Assembly (NCBI GenBank): GCA_943356675.1
Contig: CALRFQ010000001.1
Location: 4,147-68,146, forward strand
Origin: Candidatus Nomurabacteria bacterium
GTDB lineage: Bacteria; Patescibacteriota; Minisyncoccia; Phycocordibacterales; UBA9973
Direction of reading: 5' to 3'
DNA: 64,000 nt
Position numbers and translations under genes: made by a program
The notes under the pieces: model-generated
Seen by the model: only the letters and a program-made list of their open reading frames with translations
Database searches by the model: none
What the model was told of the DNA's origin: nothing
Part shown: positions 29,608 to 38,843 of the stretch, one piece after another
How the letters are laid out: every line of letters begins with the position of its first letter
Position numbering within the stretch: position 1 is the stretch's first letter

Positions 29608-30657
29608 TTAAAAAGATAGTGCGATTATTACACCAAGACTTGTGGTGATAATACTGACGACCCAGTAACGCATTGTTACTTTATATTTTGGCCATCCTAG
29701 AGCCTCGAAGTGATGATGCAGTGGTGCTACAAGGAAAACTTTCTTCCCATTACGAAACTTTCTTGAAAGCATTTGAATAATACTAGATAGTGATGTGATA
29801 AATAGTGGGAATGCAATTATTGGTAGTAGAAGTACTGTGTTTGTAAGGAATGCAATCACGGAAATAGTCACAGTAAGGCCAATCATTCCGGTCTCACCCA
29901 TATAGAATCTCGCAGGAGGAATATTGAACCATAGGAATGCGAGTATTCCTGAAGCCACAACTGCACAGAAAGCAGATAGGTCATACTGACCATTTCCAAA
30001 TGCAATCACAGCGTAACCCGCGAATATGGAAGCAAGCACTCCACCTGAGAGGCCGTCGATTCCGTCAATCACACTCGATGAGAATACAGCAAGCATAATG
30101 ATTATAAAAAATGGCAAGAATAAAATGCCAAGAGTGAAAAATCCAAATCCTGGCACAAACACATAATCAATTCCTAGTTTTGAGTAGAACCACCAACCGA
30201 TAATTATTCCGAGCGATACTATGATTCCAATTTTGAGCCAACGAAGGAACATTGGGTCATTTGAAAATCTTCCAGTTGCAAAAATTTGAATAAAATCATC
30301 ACCGAGCCCTATAAGCGATGCAATGATGAGAGTGAAAAATGGAAGTAAGGTTTCTTTACGAGAAATAAAGTTCAAATTATTCTCAACAGAGCTTCCCCAA
30401 AAAATACCTATAATCCAAATCAATAGTAGTGAAAAAATTACTGAAATCCAAACAATCATACCACCAACTCTAGGTGTATGAAGCTCACTATTCTCATCGT
30501 GAATAGCGTGGAATGCTGGCTGAGTGCCAGTACTAGCCCTCGATACTCTACGCCAGAGCTTGTATTTATAAAAGTAGTGTGTGAATACTGGTGTAAGAGA
30601 AATGCCAGACACGAAGCACAAAATAACCGGCACTAAAATTTTTATTGCATTACTCAT
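29608..30657 (-). CDS. mraY: phospho-N-acetylmuramoyl-pentapeptide transferase
   Basis: 349 aa polytopic; HTPRVGGM and DGIDGLSGG motifs. Confidence 0.8.
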   Translation of the reverse strand: MSNAIKILVPVILCFVSGISLTPVFTHYFYKYKLWRRVSRASTGTQPAFHAIHDENSELHTPRVGGMIVWISVIFSLLLIWIIGIFWGSSVENNLNFISRKETLLPFFTLIIASLIGLGDDFIQIFATGRFSNDPMFLRWLKIGIIVSLGIIIGWWFYSKLGIDYVFVPGFGFFTLGILFLPFFIIIMLAVFSSSVIDGIDGLSGGVLASIFAGYAVIAFGNGQYDLSAFCAVVASGILAFLWFNIPPARFYMGETGMIGLTVTISVIAFLTNTVLLLPIIAFPLFITSLSSIIQMLSRKFRNGKKVFLVAPLHHHFEALGWPKYKVTMRYWVVSIITTSLGVIIALSF

Positions 30658-31210
30658 TGATATTATTTTCTTGATTTGTAATTGCTTTCTCGAGCTCTTC
30701 CACTACTTCTTTGTATTTAGGAAGCATGGTGATGTCGCTGACTCCCATAAATAGAAGTAAATCAATTGTAGGTGTGTATATAAATCTACGAGAGTCGGTA
30801 GCGTCTACCTTTTTATCAATTAATCCGCGTATGAGTAAGTTGCGGAGAATAAAACTAGAATTAACACCACGAATATAATCAATTTCATTTCTTGTTACTC
30901 CATTCTTATCAGGACCATTTTTATATAAAATAATTGAGAGTGTTTCAAGTGTTGCCTTCGATAATTCTTTAGTAATTTCATCTTTCCTCAATTTCTCAAG
31001 GAAAATACTTGCCTCTTTATTTGTGCCTAGAGTTACTTCGTTCTCAGTTTTAATTATTGTAAGACCCGTGCCTTCCTTCTTGGTACTAAGTGTATCAAGA
31101 GAAGCTACTACTTCTTCAATACTTACTTCCAAAATCTCTGCAATCTTTTTGATTGCAACTGGTTCACCTTTAAAGAAAAGTAATGCTTCAATTTTTGCGT
31201 CTAGTTCCAT
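30650..31210 (-). CDS. scpB: segregation and condensation protein B
   Basis: 186 aa; tandem winged-helix pattern, ALLFFKGEPVAIKKIAE. Confidence 0.8.
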   Translation of the reverse strand: MELDAKIEALLFFKGEPVAIKKIAEILEVSIEEVVASLDTLSTKKEGTGLTIIKTENEVTLGTNKEASIFLEKLRKDEITKELSKATLETLSIILYKNGPDKNGVTRNEIDYIRGVNSSFILRNLLIRGLIDKKVDATDSRRFIYTPTIDLLLFMGVSDITMLPKYKEVVEELEKAITNQENNINE

Positions 31211-31319
31211 CCCGTTAGAAGCAGATCGCGATCACTCGCTTCTTACTTATTAAACTATTAATTTTAATTTTATAAATTTTCATCATGTGTGTTTACGTGA
31301 TCGTGGCTTCTAATGGGAT
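31209..31319. repeat. 111-bp intercistronic inverted-repeat element, family A copy 2 (scpA / scpB)
   Basis: ATCCCGTTAGAAGC at 31209..31222 and GCTTCTAATGGGAT at 31306..31319. Positions 31205..31250 are identical to 22443..22488. The distal arm lies inside the scpA 3' coding end. Confidence 0.8.
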
Positions 31320-32082
31320 CCATACCTGTCATATTAATATCTTCAAAATTACTATTTTGAACAACATCAATTATTCCCTCTCTGACTAATTCTAGCATAG
31401 CAAGGAATGAAACAATAACATTCACTCTAACTTCCCTCTCACTACTATCAGGGCTACTCATTGAAAAGTCCTTAAACGACATATTTAATGATTTTTGAAT
31501 TCTGTTTGTAAGACGGTCTATCATTTCCTCAATATTTATGACAGTTTTTACTTCTACTTCTGGCAGTGGTATAGCTTTCTTCGGTAAACTTATAAGTACA
31601 TCATTTATGGCATTACTTAGCGTCTCAACCGTCAGAATTTGGTCTGGGCTAAAGATTACATTGTCCCACTTTCGCTCTGGTGCTGAGAAAATTATTTTTG
31701 TACCGAAATTACTCTTGATATCAACGCTAGCATTTTTAATGATTTGATAGAGTCTTAGTCTTGATTCAAGATCTTCAATTTTATCTTCTTCATCGTCTGT
31801 GAGTTCTAGGTTTGGAAGTAGTGATTTGGATTTGATCAGTATGAGTGTTGCGGCGATAACAATAAAGTAAGATATGTCGTGAATTTTTTTGTCGATAGAA
31901 ACATCTTCGGAATTATTACTCTGAAGACTTTTAATATATGAAATATATTCACTTGTAACTTCAGCAAGAGAGATTTCGTTGACAAATAACTTCCTACTTT
32001 CGATGAGTGAGAGAAGCAGCTCAAGTGGCCCCTCGAATGAGCCAGACTTAACTTTATATGTTTGTATAGTATTCTCTTCCAT
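31270..32082 (-). CDS. scpA: segregation and condensation protein A
   Basis: 270 aa; FEGPLELLLSLI motif; C-terminal 16 aa are encoded by the repeat arm. Confidence 0.8.
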   Translation of the reverse strand: MEENTIQTYKVKSGSFEGPLELLLSLIESRKLFVNEISLAEVTSEYISYIKSLQSNNSEDVSIDKKIHDISYFIVIAATLILIKSKSLLPNLELTDDEEDKIEDLESRLRLYQIIKNASVDIKSNFGTKIIFSAPERKWDNVIFSPDQILTVETLSNAINDVLISLPKKAIPLPEVEVKTVINIEEMIDRLTNRIQKSLNMSFKDFSMSSPDSSEREVRVNVIVSFLAMLELVREGIIDVVQNSNFEDINMTGMDPIRSHDHVNTHDENL

Positions 32083-32093
32083 TATAGATATAA

Positions 32094-33443
32094 TTAATAT
32101 CCATCCTCAGTTAGGCGCTCATCGATTCTATTCATATCTCTTGGGAACATACAAGCTTCGCGGATATTCTTCAGGCCCAAGATTTGCATTGTGAGGCGCT
32201 CTGCACCGAAAGCGAATCCTCCTTCAGGTGGCACACCATACTTAAATGCTTCTAGGAACATTTTTATTTTATTTGGGTCCATATTCCATTCCTTCACTTG
32301 CTCTTCTAGTTGATCGTATTTATTTACTCTTCTTCCGCCTGAAAGCCATTCTACTCCACGACAGATAAGGTCCACTCCCTCGTTAAATTCAGGATTTTCA
32401 GGATTTGGGTATACATAAAATGGTTTCTTCTTTGTGGGGTATCCATATACGAATACAAAGTCTGATCCAGTTTCATTCTTTACTATTTCACAAATCTCTC
32501 TTTCATCTTGTGCATTGAGATCTTTCTCACCACGCACATCACGCCCGTTCTTTTCAAAAATCATATTCTGAGCCTCAGTAAGTGAATATGTAGGAGTCTT
32601 TTCTATCATTACTGGGAGTGTGGCATCGAGCAATTTCAAATGTTCAGAATTTTTCTCTTCGATTTGTTTAAGGATATATCTTACAGTTTCCTCTGCCATA
32701 TCACGCACATCACGCCATGAATCGATGAAGGCCATCTCTGCATCGAGTGACACTATTTCAGTAAGATGGCGAGTTGTAGAAGATGGCTCAGCACGGAAAA
32801 CTTTGTTTACGGAGAAGCAACGCTCAAATGCGGACATAACAATTTGCTTATAAAGCTGAGGTGATTGAGATAGGTATGCTTTCTTGTCGAAATAGTCTAG
32901 CTGGAAAACTTCAGCACCACCTTCGGCAGTAGCAGGCACCATAGAAGGTGCTTGGAATTCGAAGAACATATTCTTTTTCATAAATTCACGGAATGAATCG
33001 ATAATTGTCTCGCTCACTTTGAATACCGCTTGTACTTTTGGCTGGCGTAGTACTAGTGCGCGGTTATCTAGCTCTGTAGTAAGCTCTAGGTTGTATCCAG
33101 TAAGTGACATGTCGAAAGGAAGTGTCGCAGCTTCTGCTAGGACCTCAATTTCTAGTATTTCAAGCTCAAGCTCACCGTTTAGTACACCAACCTTCACATT
33201 TCTTTCTGGGCGTGGATTTACTTTACCTTTTACTTTTACAACGAATTCACTACGAAGAGTTTTACCTACTTCAAGAGTTTCTGTGTAGTTTGGAAGGATT
33301 ACACCTTGCACCTTTCCTGTCATGTCACGGAAATCAAGGAAGATCATTTTACCTTGATCACGACGCACATCTACCCAGCCACCGATAATAACCTCTTTAC
33401 CCATATGCTCTTTTAAATCTTTTATAAATATTCTTCCTGTCAT
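32094..33443 (-). CDS. aspS: aspartyl-tRNA synthetase, archaeal/eukaryal (non-discriminating-like) type class II
   Basis: Start moved to MTGRIFIKDL (ATG 33443); motif 2 FRAEPSSTTRHLTE and motif 3 GFAFGAERL. Confidence 0.75.
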   Translation of the reverse strand: MTGRIFIKDLKEHMGKEVIIGGWVDVRRDQGKMIFLDFRDMTGKVQGVILPNYTETLEVGKTLRSEFVVKVKGKVNPRPERNVKVGVLNGELELEILEIEVLAEAATLPFDMSLTGYNLELTTELDNRALVLRQPKVQAVFKVSETIIDSFREFMKKNMFFEFQAPSMVPATAEGGAEVFQLDYFDKKAYLSQSPQLYKQIVMSAFERCFSVNKVFRAEPSSTTRHLTEIVSLDAEMAFIDSWRDVRDMAEETVRYILKQIEEKNSEHLKLLDATLPVMIEKTPTYSLTEAQNMIFEKNGRDVRGEKDLNAQDEREICEIVKNETGSDFVFVYGYPTKKKPFYVYPNPENPEFNEGVDLICRGVEWLSGGRRVNKYDQLEEQVKEWNMDPNKIKMFLEAFKYGVPPEGGFAFGAERLTMQILGLKNIREACMFPRDMNRIDERLTEDGY

Positions 33444-33448
33444 ATATT

Positions 33449-33667
33449 TTAGTGTAAATTCATTGTTAATAATTCGTAAGGATAAGATATGATTGTGACG
33501 ATTCCGACGTATATCCAATAAAATGGTGCGAAGCAGATGTAAATTACCTTATCTTTCTTCCACATCGGCAGGTACCAAGCTTGTATTTTCATTAGGAGTG
33601 CATTTAGTGGAATATAGAGGAGTGAAAATGCAACCGCTAGGACGTATCTAATAAATCTAATTATCAT
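33449..33667 (-). CDS. possible small membrane protein between trpS and aspS
   Basis: 72-aa hydrophobic ORF; overlaps the trpS stop by 11 nt; uncertain. Confidence 0.25.
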   Translation of the reverse strand: MIIRFIRYVLAVAFSLLYIPLNALLMKIQAWYLPMWKKDKVIYICFAPFYWIYVGIVTIISYPYELLTMNLH

Positions 33668-34640
33668 ATAATTGTACGCCGACAGCTTTTCTCACATCGG
33701 TAATTTTACTATTAACTAAATTGTGAATTTTACTTTTTCCCTCCTTTAGTATATCGAGCACTAATCCTGGATTCTCTTCGTACATCTTTCTCTTCTCTCT
33801 CATTGGTGTGAAATACTTTTCAATCTCATCAAATAGCATATCTTTTGATTCTTTGTATCCTAATCCACCGTCTAAATATCTTTTCCTTAGGTTATCTAAT
33901 TCGTCACCATGTAAAAATAATTTGTGAAGTGCAAAAATATTACAAGTTTCTGGATCTTTCTTTTCGTCGGGAGTCTTCGAATCAGTTACGATACTCATCA
34001 CAGCCTTCTTTACTACAGCGGAATCAGCAAAAAGTGGAATAGTATTGCCGTAACTCTTACTCATTTTCCTTCCGTCTACTCCGGGGACTATTGCAACTTC
34101 CGCCATTATCTTTGCAACAGGCAATTTGAAAGTCTCGCCGAAAATATTGTTGAACTTCTGTGCAGTGTCACGCGCATACTCCACATGCTGCTTTTGATCA
34201 GAGCCGACTGGTACGATGTCTGCATCTTGGATGAGAATATCCGCAGCCATAAGCATTGGGTAATCAAAGAGTCCTACAGTCACCTCCTTCACCTTTTGAT
34301 TTGCATCTTTATACGATGTAGCACGTTCGAGGAATGGCATTGTGGTAATACAATTGAAGTACCATGTGAGCTCTGTGACTTCTGGTAGATCTGACTGCTT
34401 GAAAAGAACAACCTTTTTTGGGTCAAGTCCGCAAGCCAAATAATCCATAATAATGTTTAAAATTCCGCTTGATAGTTTGTCTTTATCTTGTACAGTTGTA
34501 AGTGCATGAAAATCTGCAATAAATACACGAGTGTCGTATTCGTCTTGCATATCTACAAATTGCTTGAGTGCCCCGAAATAGTTACCTATATGAAGCGCTC
34601 CTGAGGGCTGAATGCCCGAAAGTAGTATCTTTTTAGCCAT
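33657..34640 (-). CDS. trpS: tryptophanyl-tRNA synthetase
   Basis: 327 aa; GIQPSGALHIGNY (HIGH) and KMSKS motifs. Confidence 0.9.
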   Translation of the reverse strand: MAKKILLSGIQPSGALHIGNYFGALKQFVDMQDEYDTRVFIADFHALTTVQDKDKLSSGILNIIMDYLACGLDPKKVVLFKQSDLPEVTELTWYFNCITTMPFLERATSYKDANQKVKEVTVGLFDYPMLMAADILIQDADIVPVGSDQKQHVEYARDTAQKFNNIFGETFKLPVAKIMAEVAIVPGVDGRKMSKSYGNTIPLFADSAVVKKAVMSIVTDSKTPDEKKDPETCNIFALHKLFLHGDELDNLRKRYLDGGLGYKESKDMLFDEIEKYFTPMREKRKMYEENPGLVLDILKEGKSKIHNLVNSKITDVRKAVGVQLYDN

Positions 34641-34709
34641 TTAAATATAATACCAAAAATATGAAAGTTTTGCACATATTCTACACAGGGATATCCGAAA
34701 AATGCTTGC

Positions 34710-34745
34710 TTGCAAATTTGATCTCTGTGATACAATAGCCCTATG
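34710..34745 (+). promoter_or_regulatory. promoter TTGCAA-N15-TGATACAAT fused to the dnaB start (leaderless)
   Basis: TGaTACAAT-AGCCCT-ATG; the 6-nt spacer AGCCCT is identical to that of rsmI. Confidence 0.45.
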
Positions 34746-36161
34746 GCAAAAGATACACACACACCAATAAAGCAAAAAGTCGGAATGAGAATTCCTCCAC
34801 AAAGCTTGGATTCAGAGAAAGCAGTTCTCGGATCTATTATGCTTCGCCCAGGAGCACTCCACGAAATTACAGACGTGCTAAATCATGAAGGATTTTATGC
34901 TGGTAAACACAGAGAAATATTTAAAATAATGCTAGAGCTATCTAGTAAGGGTGAACCGATTGACTTACTCTCACTATCTCAGCGTTTATCTGAGCGCGGA
35001 ATGCTTGAATCTGTGGGCGGCACTGTTTATCTCACTGAGCTCGTTTCTTCTGTGCCTGCTTCAACAAACATTCGTCACTACGCAGACATAGTCGAGAAGA
35101 AAAATATTTTAAGAAATATTATTGATGCTGGCGGAGATATATCTGAACTCGGATTTAATGAAGACGTAGAAGATGTGTACGAAGTACTTGATCAAGCAGA
35201 AAAAAGAATGATGAATATTGGTAATCCTTCTCGAGGAAAGGCCTTCGTAGCACTTAAGGACACTCTTCCTGAAGCTTGGGAGCGACTAGAGAGACTACAT
35301 GAGACTAAAGGTGAACTTCGCGGTGTTCCTACTGGTTTTCGAGATTTAGATCAATATCTCTCTGGTATGCAAAAGTCTGATTTAATAATTCTTGCTGCTC
35401 GTCCATCTATGGGTAAAACTACTCTTGCTCTTGATATCGCTCGCCAAGCAGCGACAAAGCACAACATACCTGTAGTTATATTCTCACTTGAAATGAGTTC
35501 ACAACAGCTTGTGGATAGAATGCTTGCAGCTGAGGCACGCGTGAATGCATGGAATCTGCGTACTGGAAACTTATCAGCAGAAAGCGAGTTCTCAAAAATT
35601 CGCGATTCTCTAGATAGGCTCGCAAAGGCTCCGATATTTATTGATGACCAAGCTGGAAACTCTATTGTGAAAATGCGTTCCGTGTGCCGAAGAATCAAGG
35701 CGGAGCATGGTATAGGACTCATTATTGTGGACTACTTACAGCTTATGTCGACTTCCAAGAATTATGACTCTATGGTGAACCAAGTTACAGAAATTTCTCG
35801 TTCACTCAAAGGTCTTGCAAAGGAGTTTGATGTGCCAGTCATTGCACTATCACAGCTATCTCGTGCCGTGGAAGCTCGTGGAGGACGCCCAAGACTATCT
35901 GACCTACGTGACTCAGGATCTATCGAGCAGGATGCGGACGTAGTTATGTTTATCCACCGTGAAGATAAGGGTAAGGATGAATCAGAGAGGACAAATATTG
36001 CAGAAATACTTATTGAAAAGCACAGAAATGGACCAGTCGGAAAGGTGGATCTATTCTTCGATGAGAAGATGACAACATTCGTGACTATTGAGAAAGGAAA
36101 TTCTGATGGATTCCAAGCTCTCGCGAATTCTTCTTCAGGTACAAATATTGATCAATTTTAA
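34743..36161 (+). CDS. dnaB: replicative DNA helicase
   Basis: 472 aa; Walker A GARPSMGKTT, DnaB N-terminal domain. Confidence 0.9.
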   Translation: MAKDTHTPIKQKVGMRIPPQSLDSEKAVLGSIMLRPGALHEITDVLNHEGFYAGKHREIFKIMLELSSKGEPIDLLSLSQRLSERGMLESVGGTVYLTELVSSVPASTNIRHYADIVEKKNILRNIIDAGGDISELGFNEDVEDVYEVLDQAEKRMMNIGNPSRGKAFVALKDTLPEAWERLERLHETKGELRGVPTGFRDLDQYLSGMQKSDLIILAARPSMGKTTLALDIARQAATKHNIPVVIFSLEMSSQQLVDRMLAAEARVNAWNLRTGNLSAESEFSKIRDSLDRLAKAPIFIDDQAGNSIVKMRSVCRRIKAEHGIGLIIVDYLQLMSTSKNYDSMVNQVTEISRSLKGLAKEFDVPVIALSQLSRAVEARGGRPRLSDLRDSGSIEQDADVVMFIHREDKGKDESERTNIAEILIEKHRNGPVGKVDLFFDEKMTTFVTIEKGNSDGFQALANSSSGTNIDQF

Positions 36162-36168
36162 TTATGGC

Positions 36169-36287
36169 TCCCGTTAGAGATGTGCTGTTCATATGTTTGT
36201 TAAATGTTAAATATAGATTATAGTGTATATATTAATTATTAGTTAATAAGAAACGGAAGTCTAAAGACTTCCTATCTCTAACGGGAT
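36169..36287. repeat. 119-bp intercistronic inverted-repeat element, family A copy 3 (dnaB / recR)
   Basis: TCCCGTTAGAGAT at 36169..36181 and ATCTCTAACGGGAT at 36274..36287 ending in the AT of the recR ATG. Inner hairpin GGAAGTC-TAAA-GACTTCC. Interior carries TTGTTA-N16-TATAGT. Confidence 0.8.
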
Positions 36288-36906
36288 GGACCCGATAAAT
36301 ATTCTCGCAGAAAAATTTAAGGAATTCCCAGGTATTGGTGAACGCCAAGCAAAGCGTTTCGTGTATTTTCTGCTTCATAAAAATCCTAGCTTCGTAAAAA
36401 TACTCGGCGAGGCAATCATTTCTATTAAAAGCCAGATTGCCGAGTGTGAATCTTGCCACATATTCTTTCAAATAAAACCTCATCAGGATAAGCTCTGTGA
36501 GACTTGCGCAAATCCTCAAACTGATCAATCTTCCCTACTTATCGTCGAGAAGGATGCAGATATGGAGACCATAAAGCGCACGAAGACATATAAAGGATTA
36601 TATTTTGTACTTGGTGGTCTTGTACCTATAGTGACTAAGGATACTCCTACTTTTGTTCGCACAAACGAACTTCAAGCTGTTGTAAAAGACCGTATTAAGA
36701 ATAAAGTTCTAAAGGAAATTATATTAGGTCTTTCTATTAATCCTCACGGTGAACATACAGATTTATATCTACGTGAATTACTCCACCCACTTATAGAAAA
36801 CACAAATGTTAGAATTGTATCTTTAGGTAAAGGCCTCTCCACAGGCACTGAGCTCGAATACTCCGACTCCGAAACTATCAAAAACGCTCTCAAAAACCGC
36901 GGCTAA
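36286..36906 (+). CDS. recR: recombination protein RecR
   Basis: 206 aa; HhH FPGIGERQAKR, C4 zinc finger CESCH...CETC, Toprim LIVEKDADME. Confidence 0.85.
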   Translation: MDPINILAEKFKEFPGIGERQAKRFVYFLLHKNPSFVKILGEAIISIKSQIAECESCHIFFQIKPHQDKLCETCANPQTDQSSLLIVEKDADMETIKRTKTYKGLYFVLGGLVPIVTKDTPTFVRTNELQAVVKDRIKNKVLKEIILGLSINPHGEHTDLYLRELLHPLIENTNVRIVSLGKGLSTGTELEYSDSETIKNALKNRG

Positions 36907-36910
36907 TCCC

Positions 36911-36930
36911 CGCCTAGGTCGGACCTAGGC
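36911..36930. repeat. GC-rich palindromic hairpin CGCCTAGGTC-G-GACCTAGGC (family B copy 1) right after the recR stop
   Basis: 9-10-bp perfect arms; near-identical copy at 47446..47466. Confidence 0.7.
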
Positions 36931-36957
36931 ACAACGCAATTATGTATATTGTAAAAT

Positions 36958-36990
36958 AAAAAATACCCTCGAGTGAGGGTATTTTTTATT
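36958..36990. terminator. bidirectional rho-independent terminator (rplU on minus strand / recR on plus strand)
   Basis: AAAATACCCTC-GAGTG-AGGGTATTTTTT. Confidence 0.65.
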
Positions 36991-37357
36991 ATTTGATTGC
37001 TGAAATTTTCACTTCTGCAAAAGGCTGTCTGTGGCCATTTCTTTTTAGGTAACGAGATTTTTGTTTGAATTTAACAACTTTAACTGTTTTGTTGCGGCCT
37101 GCTTTCTGGAATAATGCTTCTACCTTTGCGCCTGCGATGTATGGAGTACCGATTGTAGTGTCATTACCATTGTCTACTAGTACAACCTTATCAAATAGCA
37201 CCTTGTCGCCCATTGCGAACTCGCCTGCTAATTTTTCAATCTTAAGCACTTCGCCAACCATGACTTTGTATTGCTTTCCGCCAGTTTCGATAACTGCGAA
37301 TTCACCTGTCTTAGGAGCTGATACTTTCTTTGCTTTTGTTGTTGTTTTTGTAGCCAT
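36989..37357 (-). CDS. rplU: 50S ribosomal protein L21
   Basis: 122 aa; FAVIETGGKQYKV. Confidence 0.85.
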   Translation of the reverse strand: MATKTTTKAKKVSAPKTGEFAVIETGGKQYKVMVGEVLKIEKLAGEFAMGDKVLFDKVVLVDNGNDTTIGTPYIAGAKVEALFQKAGRNKTVKVVKFKQKSRYLKRNGHRQPFAEVKISAIK

Positions 37358-37416
37358 ATAATTTTATCCTTAAGAATAAGCTTCTCTCGGGAATAGACAT
37401 ATACTACCGGAAAGTT

Positions 37417-37453
37417 TTGAAAAAAGCAAGTACCACGCTATAATTGGCGTATG
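37417..37453 (+). promoter_or_regulatory. promoter TTGAAA-N16-TATAAT-TGGCGT-ATG, leaderless cysS
   Basis: TTGAAA at 37417..37422, TATAAT at 37439..37444, ATG at 37451. Confidence 0.5.
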
Positions 37454-38806
37454 TTACTTAAACTATACAATACATTATCTCGCGAAATTGAGGATTTTAA
37501 GCCAAATAGCGAAAAGGAGGTTACTTTATATACTTGTGGCCCAACTGTCTACAATTATGCCCATATTGGCAATTTCAGAGCCTATGTGTTTGCCGATATC
37601 CTGAAAAGAACCTTATTTTATAATGGTTTTAACGTAAAACACGTTATGAACATCACTGATATTGACGACAAGACAATAAGAGATTCTATTAAGGAAGGCA
37701 AGAATTTGAAGGAATTTACCGAGTTTTACACAAAGGCTTTCTATGAGGATAGGGATTCCTTAGAGATCATGCCTGCAGGTATCTACACAAAAGCTACGGA
37801 TTTTATTCCCCAGATGGTGAAAATGATCGAAAAATTGATCTCGAATGGTTATGCATATAAGGGTGAGGATGGTTCTGTGTATTTCGATATTCGTAAGTAT
37901 AAAGAATATGGAAAATTATCCAGATTTAAACTATCTGATTTAAAGGAGAATGCAGACGGCAGACTAAAAAAGGATGAATACGAAAAAGAGAATGCACAAG
38001 ACTTCGCACTTTGGAAAGCATGGGATGAAAATGACGGTGAAGTATTTTGGGAAACAGCACTCGGCAAAGGACGCCCTGGCTGGCACATAGAGTGCTCTGC
38101 TATGAGTGTGGAAGAGCTTGGAGATAGCATCGATATTCATACAGGAGGTGTGGATCTTATATTCCCTCATCATGAGAATGAAATCGCGCAATCAGAATGC
38201 GCAACTGGAAAAGAATTTGTAAAATATTGGATGCACAACGAGCATTTACTTGTAGACAATAAAAAGATGTCGAAGTCACTCGGCAATTATTACTCTCTTC
38301 GTGATCTTGAGAAGATAAATGTCTCCCCGCTTGGATTCCGCTACTGGCTACTTACGGCAGATTATCGCTCTCCTATCAACTTCACTATCGAGACTCTCCA
38401 AGGTGCGGAAACTGCACTTAAACGCTTATACGAGGCGTATAATGAGCTAGAAGATGGTGGTATTGCCGACGCTACATACACACAAGAATTCAAAAACTAT
38501 ATCAATGATGATTTGGGCACACCAAAGGCTCTAGCTCTAATGTGGAAATTGCTTAAAGATGAGAATGTAGCGAGCGCTACAAAGAAAGCTACACTTCTTG
38601 ATTTTAATAAAGTCTTTGGTCTTGGGATCGATAAAGAAAAAATAGAAATTGAAATTCCAGATGAAGTAGTTAAGCTTGCACAAGACCGTGAATACGCTCG
38701 ATCTCAAAAAGATTTTGCACTGTCGGATATATTACGAGCAAAAATCGAAGCTCATGGCTATATTGTAAAAGATACAGATAAGGGGCAAAAGATTTCAAAA
38801 ATATAA
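37451..38806 (+). CDS. cysS: cysteinyl-tRNA synthetase
   Basis: 451 aa; HIGN and KMSKS motifs, zinc ligands. Confidence 0.9.
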   Translation: MLLKLYNTLSREIEDFKPNSEKEVTLYTCGPTVYNYAHIGNFRAYVFADILKRTLFYNGFNVKHVMNITDIDDKTIRDSIKEGKNLKEFTEFYTKAFYEDRDSLEIMPAGIYTKATDFIPQMVKMIEKLISNGYAYKGEDGSVYFDIRKYKEYGKLSRFKLSDLKENADGRLKKDEYEKENAQDFALWKAWDENDGEVFWETALGKGRPGWHIECSAMSVEELGDSIDIHTGGVDLIFPHHENEIAQSECATGKEFVKYWMHNEHLLVDNKKMSKSLGNYYSLRDLEKINVSPLGFRYWLLTADYRSPINFTIETLQGAETALKRLYEAYNELEDGGIADATYTQEFKNYINDDLGTPKALALMWKLLKDENVASATKKATLLDFNKVFGLGIDKEKIEIEIPDEVVKLAQDREYARSQKDFALSDILRAKIEAHGYIVKDTDKGQKISKI

Positions 38807-38809
38807 ATA

Positions 38810-38840
38810 AAAAATGCAGGACAAGTCCTGCATTTTTTAT
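38810..38840. terminator. bidirectional rho-independent terminator (cysS / histidine kinase)
   Basis: AAAAATGCAGGAC-AA-GTCCTGCATTTTTT. Confidence 0.7.
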
Positions 38841-38843
38841 TAC

